DNA of 64,000 nucleotides from an uncultured Acidobacteriaceae bacterium (GCA_963703685.1 CAVPFI010000007.1:3662-67661); one strand, 5' to 3'; numbered from the stretch's first letter, positions 8,257 through 18,216 are shown. Numbers and translations are program-made. The notes: generated from the letters alone by a model not told the origin.

Positions 8257-9228
8257 ATGCAACTCACCTACCTCGAAGCCATCCGCCAGGGAATCTGGGA
8301 AGAAATGGACCGCGACTCCTCCGTCTTCTGCCTCGGCGAAGACATTGGCATCTACGGCGGCGCCTTCAAAGTCACCGATGGTTTCATCGACCGCTTCGGT
8401 GCCGAGCGCGTCATCGACACGCCCATCGCCGAGTCCGCCATCGTGGGTGCGGCGTTCGGAGCCTCGCTCACCGGCATGCGCCCCGTCGCCGAGTTCCAAT
8501 TCATGGACTTCATCGGCTGCGCTTTCAACCAGATCAGCAACATGGTCGCAAAGACGCATTACCTCTGGGGCGCGCCCGCTCCGCTCGTCCTCCGCGGACC
8601 CAGCGGCGGATACGTTCACGGCGGCCCGTTCCACTCGCAGAATCCCGAGATGTGGTTCGTCCACAATCCCGGCCTCAAAGTCATCTGCCCAGCCACGCCC
8701 TACGACGCCAAAGGCCTGATCAAAGCCGCCATTCGCGACAACAATCCCTGCATTTTTTTCGAGCACAAATATCTCTACCGCCGAATCAAAGGCGAAGTTC
8801 CCGCGGAAGATTACGTCGTCCCCATCGGCAAAGCGAACATCGCCCGTGAAGGCCGCGACCTCAGCATCATTACCTACGCTGCGATGGTCCACACCGCATT
8901 GGAAGCAGCCGAGGTTCTAAGTAAAGACGGAATTGATCTCGAAATTCTCGACCTGCGCACCGTCTCCCCCCTCGACCGCGAGGCCATCGCGCAGACCGTG
9001 AAGAAGACCAACAAGGTCATCATCCTGCACGAGCACTCCCGCACCGGAGGCCTCGCCGGCGAAATCGCCGCTATCATTAATGAAGAGGCGTTCGACGATC
9101 TCGACGGTCCCATCGTCCGCATCGCCGGCTTGGATTCCGCAATCCCCTTTTCTCCGCCACAAGAAGAGCACTATCTGCCAAAAGTAGACGATGTAGTCCG
9201 CGAAGCACGCAACCTCAAATCGTATTAA
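8257..9228 (+). CDS. 2-oxoacid dehydrogenase E1 component, beta subunit
   Basis: 323-aa ORF. MQLTYLEAIRQGIWEEMDRD..VFCLGEDIG.YGGAFKVT.GF...FG..RVIDTPIAE is typical of the transketolase-like beta subunit. Confidence 0.93.
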   Translation: MQLTYLEAIRQGIWEEMDRDSSVFCLGEDIGIYGGAFKVTDGFIDRFGAERVIDTPIAESAIVGAAFGASLTGMRPVAEFQFMDFIGCAFNQISNMVAKTHYLWGAPAPLVLRGPSGGYVHGGPFHSQNPEMWFVHNPGLKVICPATPYDAKGLIKAAIRDNNPCIFFEHKYLYRRIKGEVPAEDYVVPIGKANIAREGRDLSIITYAAMVHTALEAAEVLSKDGIDLEILDLRTVSPLDREAIAQTVKKTNKVIILHEHSRTGGLAGEIAAIINEEAFDDLDGPIVRIAGLDSAIPFSPPQEEHYLPKVDDVVREARNLKSY

Positions 9229-9287
9229 ATATGCGAGACAAGCGGAACGTGGGGGAAAGGAGGCCATGTGGGAACGGGCGCCTTCGT

Positions 9288-9348
9288 GAGCCTGCCCTGA
9301 GCGAAGCCGAAGGATTCAGCCGAGCGCAGCGAGGCTGCTCTGTCGGCC
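9288..9348. repeat. GAGCCTGCCCTGAGCGAAGCCGAAGGA-type repeat
   Basis: Shares the AGCCTGCCCTGAGCGAAGTCGAAGG core with copies at 20175, 20591, 21983 and 40199. Confidence 0.65.
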
Positions 9349-9401
9349 ACAACTAGCGTCCCACCCCGCCCATCTGCCACAATAGCCCCTCCGGAGGACT
9401 C

Positions 9402-9962
9402 ATGGGAAAATTCGCACTTGGTGTAGTCGTCACGCTCCTGGTATTCATCCTCGGTGGCCTCGGCTTCGCCATGCTCGGATTCTTCCCTACGGCTGCCAAC
9501 GTCGCGCCTCCGCGTCTGGAGCGCCGCCTGGCGATGGGAGCTGTCGACGCCTCCATGGAGCGCCACGCCCCGCGCGTCAACAACCCGCTCACGCCCACCG
9601 ATCCCAATCTTGAAGACGGCATGAAGCTCTATACCATGAACTGCGCTCTCTGCCACGGAGGCCTCGACCGCAAGCCTTCGCCGCTGGCCCATTCTTTTTA
9701 TCCGCAGCCGCCGAATCTCATCTCCGACCCGCCCGACGATCCCGAGTGGCACCTCTTCTACACCATCCGCACCGGCGTGCGTTACACCGGCATGCCCGCC
9801 TGGGATAAAGTCCTCAGCGAACAAGATATGTGGAAGATCACCATGCTGCTCTCTCACCTCGACAAACTTCCGCCCGCCGTGCAGGAATACTGGAAGACCA
9901 ACTTCAATGTCGAACCCGGTGTCGAGAAAAAAGAAGAAATGAAAGATCGCGATCACCACTAG
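9402..9962 (+). CDS. membrane-anchored mono-haem c-type cytochrome
   Basis: N-terminal TM helix FALGVVVTLLVFILGGLGFAMLGFF and a single CxxCH site (CALCHG). Sits between E1 beta and E2. Confidence 0.8.
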   Translation: MGKFALGVVVTLLVFILGGLGFAMLGFFPTAANVAPPRLERRLAMGAVDASMERHAPRVNNPLTPTDPNLEDGMKLYTMNCALCHGGLDRKPSPLAHSFYPQPPNLISDPPDDPEWHLFYTIRTGVRYTGMPAWDKVLSEQDMWKITMLLSHLDKLPPAVQEYWKTNFNVEPGVEKKEEMKDRDHH

Positions 9963-10033
9963 AGTCTCCGGAGCAAATGGGAAGGGTACGACTTCAGTGG
10001 TTGCGGAAAGAGTCCGCCTCTGTGTTCGTTTTG

Positions 10034-10190
10034 AAAGGGCGCGGCTGTAGCAGCGCCGTGAGGCGTGGAAATTGAATGACGGCTTTAGCCGCTGAGGCTG
10101 TATCAACCTCGCGAAATAGTTCTTCCGCAGCCTCTTCAGTCGTGCGTAACCATCACTCAGTTTTTGGCTTTAGTCGCTGGGGAAGCTCAA
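10034..10190. repeat. Family-D repeat cluster (GGGCGCGGCTGTAGC..GCGCC ... ATGACGGCTTTAGCCGCTGAGG)
   Basis: Near-identical core at 28163-28226. Related copies at 15065-15150, 16935-17060 and 41790-41860. Confidence 0.7.
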
Positions 10191-10317
10191 GGTCGATGAT
10201 CGTCAGGCTTGGGTAATCGGCCGGCCTACGTCGTACGCATCAACTCAGCCAAACGCTATAATATTTGTTTGCGTCCAGCCCTCTATTTTCGACTCTGGGC
10301 CTACGTGGAAGGAAAGT

Positions 10318-11694
10318 ATGCCAACTGACATCATCATGCCCCAGATGGGCGAATCCATCGTCGAGGGCACTATTACCAAGTGGCTGAAGAAGCCAGGGGA
10401 CAAAGTCCAGCGCGACGAGCCCCTTTTCGAGATCTCCACCGACAAGGTGGACGCCGAGATTCCCGCGCCCGCCTCCGGCGTCTTGCAGGAAATTAAAGTT
10501 ACCGAAGGTACAACCGTGGGCGTCAACACGATCGTCGGAACCATCGCCGTGGACGGCGAATCCGCTGCCCCTCCCGCGAAGGCCTCCTCTGCGAAGCCGT
10601 CCGACGCCAAGCTTGAAGAAAAAAAGCCTGAAGAGAAAAAGCCCGAGGTAAAAAAGGCGGAAGAGAAAAAATCCGCTCCATCCCCGGCGCCGCCAGCCAC
10701 ATCTGCGTCCGCTCCTCACAAAGACGAAGAGGAAGAAGAAGCCCGCTCTTCGCCGCTCGTCCGCAAAATCGCGCGCGAACATGGAGTAAGTCTGTCCCAA
10801 ATTTCCGGCACCGGCCTCGGCCGCCGCATCACCAAACAAGACATCATGCAGTTCATCGAAAGCCAGGCATCGCAACCCGCCCCAGTGGGGACGGACGCAT
10901 TCGTCCATCCCAGCGAGCGAAGCGAGGCGCCAACAACTCCCGCAGCAGCAGCGCCCGCCGCGCCACGCCCATCCGCTCCCGCGCCTTACCCCGGCGATCT
11001 CGTCCCCATGACGAACATGCGCAAACTGATCGCCAAGCACATGATCGAGTCCCGCCGCACCAGCGCTCACGTGCACTGCATGTATGAAGTGGACTTCACC
11101 CGCATCGTCAATCTGCGTAACAAGCACAAAGCGGGATTCGAGCAGCGCCACGGCGCGCGCCTCACCTTCATGCCCTTCTTCGTGCGCGCCGCCGTCATCG
11201 CCCTTCAGCAGTGGCCCATCATCAACGCTTCCATCGAAGGCGAAAATATTCGCTATCATCGCCAGATCAACATGGGCATCGCGGTCGCTCTCGACTGGGG
11301 CCTGATCGTTCCCGTCCTGAAGAATGCCGGAGACCTGAACTTCCTCGGCCTGCAGCGCGGCATCTCCGATCTCGGCGAGCGCGCCCGCACCAAAAAGCTC
11401 AAGCCCGAGGACGTCGAAGGTTCCACCTTCACCATCACCAACCCCGGTCAGTTCGGCGCCGTGTTTGGCCTTCCCATCATCAACCAGCCGAACTCCGCAA
11501 TCATGGGCGTCGGCGGAATCACCAAGCAGCCCATGGTGATCACCGACAAGGATGGAAACGATTCCATCGCCATTCGTTCCGTCGTCCACCTGACTCTTGG
11601 CTACGATCACCGCCTCATTGACGGCGCCGTCGCCGATCAGTTCATGGCACAGGTAAAGAAGAATCTCGATACCTGGAGCGAAGAAATCGGATAA
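10318..11694 (+). CDS. dihydrolipoamide acyltransferase (E2)
   Basis: Lipoyl domain (EISTDKVDAEIPAP), a KKPEEKK-rich linker, an E3-binding domain (SPLVRKIAREHGVSL..ISGTG..GRITKQDI) and a catalytic domain ending LTLGYDHRLIDGA. Confidence 0.93.
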   Translation: MPTDIIMPQMGESIVEGTITKWLKKPGDKVQRDEPLFEISTDKVDAEIPAPASGVLQEIKVTEGTTVGVNTIVGTIAVDGESAAPPAKASSAKPSDAKLEEKKPEEKKPEVKKAEEKKSAPSPAPPATSASAPHKDEEEEEARSSPLVRKIAREHGVSLSQISGTGLGRRITKQDIMQFIESQASQPAPVGTDAFVHPSERSEAPTTPAAAAPAAPRPSAPAPYPGDLVPMTNMRKLIAKHMIESRRTSAHVHCMYEVDFTRIVNLRNKHKAGFEQRHGARLTFMPFFVRAAVIALQQWPIINASIEGENIRYHRQINMGIAVALDWGLIVPVLKNAGDLNFLGLQRGISDLGERARTKKLKPEDVEGSTFTITNPGQFGAVFGLPIINQPNSAIMGVGGITKQPMVITDKDGNDSIAIRSVVHLTLGYDHRLIDGAVADQFMAQVKKNLDTWSEEIG

Positions 11695-11707
11695 AGAATT
11701 TGTAGTT

Positions 11708-11735
11708 ACCTCTGTGCCCTCTGTGGTAAATAGCT
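11708..11735. repeat. Family-C repeat (ACCTCTGTGCCCTCTGTGGTAAATAGC) after E2
   Basis: Same motif as at 20095, 23666 and 35411. Confidence 0.65.
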
Positions 11736-11771
11736 TTTTCGCTGGCCAATTCGGAGGATGTGGGCTTTAGC

Positions 11772-12062
11772 TCAAGGCTGAGGAGTGACACCCATTGTCT
11801 GAGAATTTCCGCTCGCCCAGGCAGAAGCGTTCAAGCACTCGACGGTTCCGTCAATAATTTTAGAAATTCCGTCCCTGAATTTTCCGGGATCGACAATCTC
11901 CCGCGCCGCGACCGCGTCGACAGTAGCCAGCGCACTCTCCAGAAACGACATCGCGGCATCCTTCTTCTCGTTTCCCGACTTGCACCCGAAAAGCCCTTCA
12001 ATTCCATTCACCAACGCAGGGATAAACGCGATCCCTCTCAAAAGCTGACTTAGAAAATTCAT
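11772..12062 (-). CDS. small phage-associated protein, possibly holin-like
   Basis: MNFLSQLLRGIAFIPALVNGIEGLF hydrophobic N-terminus followed by a soluble tail. GGAGGAGGA RBS before the ATG at 12062. Last gene of the cluster. Function is a guess. Confidence 0.4.
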   Translation of the reverse strand: MNFLSQLLRGIAFIPALVNGIEGLFGCKSGNEKKDAAMSFLESALATVDAVAAREIVDPGKFRDGISKIIDGTVECLNASAWASGNSQTMGVTPQP

Positions 12063-12214
12063 AGTGTCCTCCTCCAATGGATGTGAAACGCAATGCTCCG
12101 CTTTTCCGTTCAATCAGAACGGAAAACGTTGTAACAAATTTGTATCGGTTTCCAGCGTGGGGTGCCACTCAACGCTTTCGCTCTGACTCAACCCCGATTC
12201 GCTCTTTCCGCATA

Positions 12215-12682
12215 CTATTTTGGCTGCGGAACTTTCCGGATCGCATTCTCTTGCGCCACGATCAACACTTTGATCTCGGCCAGTTCATCTCGCAGTCCTC
12301 TCAGTTCCACTTCAGTACGTATGCGAGCTTCGGTATTGGTTGTCCCAATCTGCTCCAGAGTAACCACCCTCGCCTTGGTCGTCTCGATTTCACTTTCTTG
12401 TCTCGCGGTATTACGCGCATCTTGAATCACATAGCCGGCAACGGAAAGCGCAACCGCTCCCAAAGCGATCAGGGTTCGACTGTCGAATTTCACCAATCGC
12501 TTCTCCTGAACCGTATCCAGCCTGCTGCTCCGGGATTCCTCCAAAGACTCCGCCAGATTCTGCATCTCTTCCAACTTGCCAAGCACTTCCAGCTGGAAGT
12601 CCTTGGCGGTATAGGGCACCACCGGTACCGCTTTGTCCGTGCCCGCGCGCCGCGGCCTGCTTCCCACAAAATCTTCGCTCAT
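12215..12682 (-). CDS. coiled-coil protein with one central TM segment (phage cluster)
   Basis: 155-aa ORF with TM segment LIALGAVALSVAGYVI flanked by heptad-like charged regions. ATGA overlap with the upstream ORF at 12679-12682. Confidence 0.55.
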   Translation of the reverse strand: MSEDFVGSRPRRAGTDKAVPVVPYTAKDFQLEVLGKLEEMQNLAESLEESRSSRLDTVQEKRLVKFDSRTLIALGAVALSVAGYVIQDARNTARQESEIETTKARVVTLEQIGTTNTEARIRTEVELRGLRDELAEIKVLIVAQENAIRKVPQPK

Positions 12683-15022
12683 AACGGATAGTCCACATGC
12701 AGCGCCGCTGCGTAGCGTGAATACCGTGGCGGCGTTGAACTGTCATACAGCCGCAAGAAATAATTCTGCGTGCGCGCGAACCGCGCTAAGCTGAACGTCT
12801 GCGTGTTAAAACGGCCCAGCAGGTTTCTGTCGTTCGCTACTCCCCAACCAAAATCCCTGGCCCTGACTTCGATTCCGAATCCGCTGCCGGGCGCGATTCC
12901 CGCATCCACCTGCACGGTCGTCGAAGTCACCTGCGTAATCTGAGCGTCCGTCAAGTTCGCCAAATAGTATGTTCCCTACCTGTGATGTCGAAAGCCGGAC
13001 CGGCAGAGCCTGCAACGGCACCGTCGTCGCACTCGACGCATCCTGCAGCGCCAATGGCGCCGCCAGATCATTGGCAAACTCAATCATATACATCCCGCGA
13101 TCGTCAGCGAGATCGACAACATCAATGCCGACACTACGCACAATCGCGGTAAAAACCGCACTTCGCGAAGCTACGTTCACAGTCAGCGCATCTCCGGGGA
13201 AGATGTCGGCCGCTCCGCTCGGCAGGAAATCACTCCAAATCTCATATGTGCCCATCCATGCCAACCCGCCCGCGTCATCCAGAATGGCCAGCGCCGCGTT
13301 TTCACAATCTGCCTGTGTTCGAGTGTCGGGATTCTTCATCGTCCGCACTATCCCTCGCACTCCGTTGTCCGCGCCATCCTGCAGAGCCGCGACGCTCGCG
13401 CTGTTCACGACTTCCGCCACCGCACGCCCAGTCCCGCGATAACTGGCAACGATGAGCGTATTCAATGCCGGCACATACTGCGGATAAAAATCCAGCGACG
13501 TAGAACTCGCGATCGAGCATTCTCCACCGTCCGAAAGAGGCGCGACCAGTTCCGTCACGTAACTCGCACCCGGCAGGGCCGTCCGCACTTCGGCAAGAGA
13601 AATATGAGTTACATAGCTGTACGCGATGCTGCATTGCATGCTGGTCGCGTTCACCAAAACGTATTCACAGAACCCCGGTGCATTTTCGATTAGGTCATCG
13701 AACAACACGGTCGCGGGTGCGACCATGGTTGCCGGATTCGCGGAATCGATGTCCTGCACCTCCAGCACAAACCTCACATCCGCCGCAACTGCTGCCCCTC
13801 CCACGCCGCTGCCCGCGGGATGCAGCGACGAGTGATAAGTCCCGCTTCCGCGATACACCTCCGCGCAGTAAAGATAAGTCGTCAAAACGTACAAGTGTCC
13901 GGCCGTAGTCGTAATTACGGGCCCAGTCGCAGTTCCATTGATAAGCGCCTGAATCGTAGACGCTGCACCGGAGGGTGCGATCTGAAACCCCGCCAGACAT
14001 CCCGCCGCAGAAATCGCTCCTGCATACAATCCGCCCAGCACTCCGGTCGATGGTCCCGTGAAACTCACGTTCCCATGCTGCAACTGCACAGCCCCGCCGA
14101 GTTCAACCTTCTCGATGAACTGAACCGTTGTTTGCCCATCGAGTCCCGTGCCCCCATTCACTTGCAACGTTTGTGCAAGCACCGAAACTGCGGATGCCGG
14201 ATCGCTCACCACCCACGTGGCCGGATCGAGCGTCGGCCCCAGGTACTGCTCATCAATCAAAGCAGGCTTGGTCTGCGGAAACGGTTTTTGCGATAAGTAA
14301 AACCGCAAACTGAGCCCATCTCCCACAAAATAGTCCCGGACGTAAGCTTGAGGCTCCTCGAGTCCGATGACCGTTATGTCATTCACCAGCAGCTTCGGAC
14401 AAGCCAGCTTCAGATTCGTCGGAGAAAAATTCGCATCGCTCTCGTTCAAGGCATAGCTCGCCGCTCCTATCGGCGCCAACAAGAGCGCCCCATTCATCGC
14501 CCGGTAGCTCGCCCTCGCAGCCAGCGCGATCTCCGCCGCATGATAAGAAAACTTCTTCTGCGGATTGACTTGATATGCCGCCAGAGTATCCACGTCCTGC
14601 ACCGCGCTGGTGTCGAACCATCCCGGCAGTAAATCCTGCGCCAGTTGCCGCAGCGCCGCTCCCGCAGTCCGCTCCACAAAAGGAGCTCGATTCGGCAGCG
14701 CCTTCTGATCCAGCAACAACTCATCGCTCTCCGCGGCCAGTTCGTACCTATATACCGCCCCTTGCTCGCCCCACCCCAAATATTCGAACTCGGGTGATTG
14801 AATCAAGTATCCCGTGAAGACAAAGCTGCCGCTCGTCTTAGCCAGAATCACTCGCGCCCCCGCCACCGGAACTGCGAATCCGGGTGCGCTACCCGTCAGG
14901 CTGCATCGAAAACGGGTGGGCTGGTTCATTTTTCTCTCAACCCGCGGCGCAACCGCCCCATCCAGCGCGCCCGTATAGTCCACCGCTCCCAGTCCCTGCA
15001 GATTGTCGATCGTAAGTTTCAT
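12679..15022 (-). CDS. large distal tail / host-specificity-like structural protein, split by an apparent frameshift near 12960-12975
   Basis: The likely real start is MKLTIDNLQGLG at 15022; the upstream part of the track ORF is repeat-derived. The 811-aa frame degenerates after ..STSQVGNI. The 94-aa frame continues plausibly (YLANLTDAQITQVTSTTVQVDAG..FGIEVRARDFGWG..). Confidence 0.6.
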
Positions 15023-15176
15023 AGATGTTTCCGAAAATGACGTGAATGTGTTTCCCGACACATCTCTAAAATGTCTTGGGAAGGGCGCGGGCTTCAGCCC
15101 TGCCATCAGATCGCGAATGATTCGGGCTTTAACCCTGAGCGCCCTGTGGTTGAAATCTAACTTCCGAAGGGAACAT

Positions 15177-16271
15177 TCAATACGCCGCCGCCATCCCCGC
15201 TGGAAAATAGCTTCGAAAGCAAAGCACGCTCTGCCCGTCATTCGTATCGACGTAAGGTAACGCCAGGAAAGAACCCCGCAGCGAGATCGCCGACAACGAC
15301 GGCTCGATCGCGCTAAATTCCTCGCGCATAAACTTCCCCCCTGAATTCGTCAGTCCTTTTTGTGCGCCGCCGCTACCTTTCGAAGTTCCCTGGACTATCC
15401 CCGTCCCAGCGCCGGAACTCCAATTGACTCCGCTCGATCCCGTCCCCGGATTCGGACTCAGCCGCGGATAATAAAAACAAACTCTCCCGCCCGACTCTGC
15501 CTCCGCCACAAACAGCGCTGACCATTCTTGAAAGAACGATCCGCCCTCTCGATCGACAAACGCCACGATCACTTGTGCCGATGCCCCCGCCGCGGGCACT
15601 CCTCCCAAAAGCGGCTGCGCCAGCACCACTGACGTAGCCGTGACTTCCGCTACTCGCCCAACATTGAACGTAACTCGCCGCACATAATTCGGATCTTGTC
15701 GCACCGCCGCCGCGCTGCTCACGTACGCTGCCGCTATTCCCGATCCCACGTACCCGGTCTGTTGCTGGTAATCGAGATCCACTGCAATCAACTCTCCCAC
15801 GCTAAACGCGCTGGCCACACCCGCGCCAAAAACTAATTGACTCGCAGTCGATCCCGGAAGCACCGCCACTCCCGCCGCTGGTGTTCCCCCTGAAGGCGCT
15901 GGCGAAGTCGTTCCTGACGCCGGGGCCAGCACGTTCATGTGCTCCGACCCACCAGCGAGTGCCATCTGCAGCTTGCCCCACTCTCGAAAATTAAATTCAA
16001 CTCGCGCTTCTTGCGGCCCGCGAACCTGAACAGCCGGCAGCATCCGCGCTCCAGATCGCACAATGTCTGTCGTCGTGTCATAGGACCGTGTGAAATTCTC
16101 GATCCATCCCAAATCCAGCCACGGTGCCGGCGGCAAGCCCAGCGGAAACACTCCGCTCAGGCCAGGATCGAAAATCGTCGGCGTTTCCGTTGTCCGGTTC
16201 ACCGGCGCAAAGTATGCCCGCATCTGCCGTGTCACTGGAACCATTGCCGCGCGTAAGGGAGAAGTGCTCAT
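15177..16271 (-). CDS. phage structural protein, tail-tube-like by position
   Basis: 364-aa ORF. ATGA overlap with the upstream gene at 16268-16271. Role is assigned by synteny only. Confidence 0.5.
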   Translation of the reverse strand: MSTSPLRAAMVPVTRQMRAYFAPVNRTTETPTIFDPGLSGVFPLGLPPAPWLDLGWIENFTRSYDTTTDIVRSGARMLPAVQVRGPQEARVEFNFREWGKLQMALAGGSEHMNVLAPASGTTSPAPSGGTPAAGVAVLPGSTASQLVFGAGVASAFSVGELIAVDLDYQQQTGYVGSGIAAAYVSSAAAVRQDPNYVRRVTFNVGRVAEVTATSVVLAQPLLGGVPAAGASAQVIVAFVDREGGSFFQEWSALFVAEAESGGRVCFYYPRLSPNPGTGSSGVNWSSGAGTGIVQGTSKGSGGAQKGLTNSGGKFMREEFSAIEPSLSAISLRGSFLALPYVDTNDGQSVLCFRSYFPAGMAAAY

Positions 16272-16837
16272 GCCAAAATCACCTCAGAAAAGAAATAAAG
16301 CGTCAGCCTCGCTTTACGCTCGACCCGCGCATCCTGAAGACTTTCAGCCGCATCGGTCACTCCGCTCCTGATGCGCTCCGGAAACGACACCTGTCCCCAA
16401 AACAATCCCCCGCCTTTGCCTTCTGTAAACGACGGTTGCCCCCAAAAGACGCTCGTGCCTAAATCTGCACTCGGTGCTTGCGTGTAATCTCGCTTCTCGG
16501 TATTCGGCGGCTGGCAAATACTAAGCAGCTCATCATCCAACTGGGCAAGCAACCTTCCTCGGTCCACCATGCTCTGAACCGAACCCAGGGTGTAGTAGGA
16601 AACAACCACGTTCAGGCTCATCACCGGCCCGTTGCCCGCGTGTCCTTCCACCACATCCGCTGCTCCCCATTCGATGTAAAACGTATTTGGCTGCGGTTCC
16701 GCCGAAGATGGTGGAAGATTCTCCACCACAACTATCGCCGGAACCGTCGCCCCATTCAGAGTCACCGTCCGCGCCGGATTCAGTGCGGCCAGCCGCTGCT
16801 GCAGCGCAAGAAAAAAACTGTCCTTCGCAAATTGCAT
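16268..16837 (-). CDS. phage neck / tail-completion-like protein
   Basis: 189-aa ORF, translationally coupled to the tube-like gene. No motif recognised. Confidence 0.5.
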   Translation of the reverse strand: MQFAKDSFFLALQQRLAALNPARTVTLNGATVPAIVVVENLPPSSAEPQPNTFYIEWGAADVVEGHAGNGPVMSLNVVVSYYTLGSVQSMVDRGRLLAQLDDELLSICQPPNTEKRDYTQAPSADLGTSVFWGQPSFTEGKGGGLFWGQVSFPERIRSGVTDAAESLQDARVERKARLTLYFFSEVILA

Positions 16838-16849
16838 ATAACCAGCTTT

Positions 16850-17075
16850 CAGTTGTCAGCCATCAGCCTTCAGCTCGACCAAGTCGAATGTTGACTATCA
16901 CGCCCCGCTACAGACTTCTAGCCCACGGCATCACGAAAAAGTAACGCCGTGAGAAATTCCAGCCGCGAAGCGGCGATAGATTACAGCCCACGGCGCAAGC
17001 CGTGGGTGGAGGCAAAGAAGTAACACCACAAGCCCCGGAGGGGCGCAAGAAACAACCTCAGACGCTAACTGACCA
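16850..17075. repeat. cluster of short palindromic host-type repeats inside the phage operon
   Basis: CAGCTTTCAGTTGTCAGCCATCAGCCTTCAGC, hairpin CCCACGGCGCAAGCCGTGGG and AAGCCCCGGAGGGGCGCAAG motifs. Confidence 0.6.
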
Positions 17076-17096
17076 ACTAATAACGACGCCACCCCC

Positions 17097-17504
17097 TCAC
17101 TCCACCGCCGTCACAACATAAAAATAAGCGGTCCCCGCAAAATTCTCCGGCACCACCTTCTCGATGTGAAACAAATCGCCGGTATAACTGAGTCCAAGCG
17201 CTGCATTGAACAAGTCTTCCGCCGTGCCCATGCCCAACCCAGGCAATTGATCCGCGATCGCCGACGCGGGCAGCGTGAACTCGATCCGCCGCCGGGGCCC
17301 AGTATTCCCCGTCTCTAACGCTCGACTCACGACCGGCGAGATCAAAACTTCCTGCACTCCCGGATCCACCAATCCCAATTGCCCCGCCGCGTCGCTCGCT
17401 GTCGCGCCTCCGGGCAATAACAGACTCACCGTATCTCCTCCCAACGCCCTCAACAACGCATCCGCCGCTCGCACCAGCGCCGACCCGCAAATTCCCCCGC
17501 CCAT
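17097..17504 (-). CDS. phage structural protein (head-tail joining region)
   Basis: The start MGGGICGS at 17504 is preceded by AAGGGGGAAATT. The longer track ORF begins inside a Family-F repeat. Confidence 0.5.
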   Translation of the reverse strand: MGGGICGSALVRAADALLRALGGDTVSLLLPGGATASDAAGQLGLVDPGVQEVLISPVVSRALETGNTGPRRRIEFTLPASAIADQLPGLGMGTAEDLFNAALGLSYTGDLFHIEKVVPENFAGTAYFYVVTAVE

Positions 17505-17564
17505 AATTTCCCCCTTGTGTGGCGCGGGCACTCCTGCCCGCGAGAACCAATCACGACCTCTTTG

Positions 17565-18191
17565 CTAGGAACCCTTCCGCGACACGTACGGCTCCAATAA
17601 ACTGCGGACCGTGTCATCCAGCAGCGTGTCGCCAAAATAGTCCAGCCTCATCCGGTCTAACTTCCCCGACTTCACGTTCAGCCCCGGAGTCACCTGCGCA
17701 TTCTTCACCACCTGCGCGCACGCCACCTTCACACCCGCAGGAATCGTTGCCAGCCCCGCGTTGTAGACCACGTCCACTTCATTGAAGAACAACCCCATCG
17801 CGTTCACCGGAAACGTCAACTCTCCGCTGGCCGCCCAAATATCAATCGTCGTCGGATCAATCGTGGTCCACGATCCCGGCAATGCAAACACCAGCGCAAA
17901 CTCCAAACTCATTTCCGGATACGGCCATTCCCCACGCCGTGGAATTCCGTACCGCCCCTGTAGTGTCACAATCGGCGTCGTAGCCGGCGCCACCGCCACC
18001 AGAGGCAAATAGCTGACCCGCACCGTATTCAACTCTGGCGGCATCTTCAACCGCTCTTCGTACTGATTCACTCCCAGCGTGGCCCGCCGGCAGTGTGCGT
18101 CAATAATCGCTGACGCCGCCGTCACCCACGATGGGTCCGTCGCCGCATCCAGCCCGTAAGTCAAATATTCCGTCGTATCCAGATAGTTCAT
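17565..18191 (-). CDS. phage head-completion / connector-like protein
   Basis: 208-aa ORF immediately downstream of the capsid gene. Assigned by synteny only. Confidence 0.5.
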   Translation of the reverse strand: MNYLDTTEYLTYGLDAATDPSWVTAASAIIDAHCRRATLGVNQYEERLKMPPELNTVRVSYLPLVAVAPATTPIVTLQGRYGIPRRGEWPYPEMSLEFALVFALPGSWTTIDPTTIDIWAASGELTFPVNAMGLFFNEVDVVYNAGLATIPAGVKVACAQVVKNAQVTPGLNVKSGKLDRMRLDYFGDTLLDDTVRSLLEPYVSRKGS

Positions 18192-18216
18192 AAGAGTTCT
18201 CGGTTCTCAATCGAAT

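Noticed and set aside
8230-8892. 220-aa minus-strand ORF and 204-aa plus-strand alternative-frame ORF
   Set aside because: Both overlap the E1-beta gene. They give Arg/His-rich nonsense translations.
9225-10106. 293-aa minus-strand ORF
   Set aside because: It overlaps the cytochrome c gene and two repeat elements. No motifs were recognised.
10560-10740. KKPEEKKPEVKKAEEKK-coding low-complexity DNA flagged as a repeat element
   Set aside because: It is the normal flexible Ala/Pro/Lys/Glu linker between the lipoyl and E3-binding domains of E2.
10240-11610. 456-aa minus-strand ORF
   Set aside because: It lies entirely antisense to the well-supported E2 acyltransferase gene. Its composition (Gly/Arg/Asp-rich) is typical of shadow ORFs in high-GC DNA.
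11695-11800. tRNA gene or integrase at the island borders (also checked 44765-45180)
   Set aside because: I found no T-loop-like GGTTCGAATCC-type sequence or cloverleaf. No tyrosine or serine recombinase motifs appear in any listed ORF.
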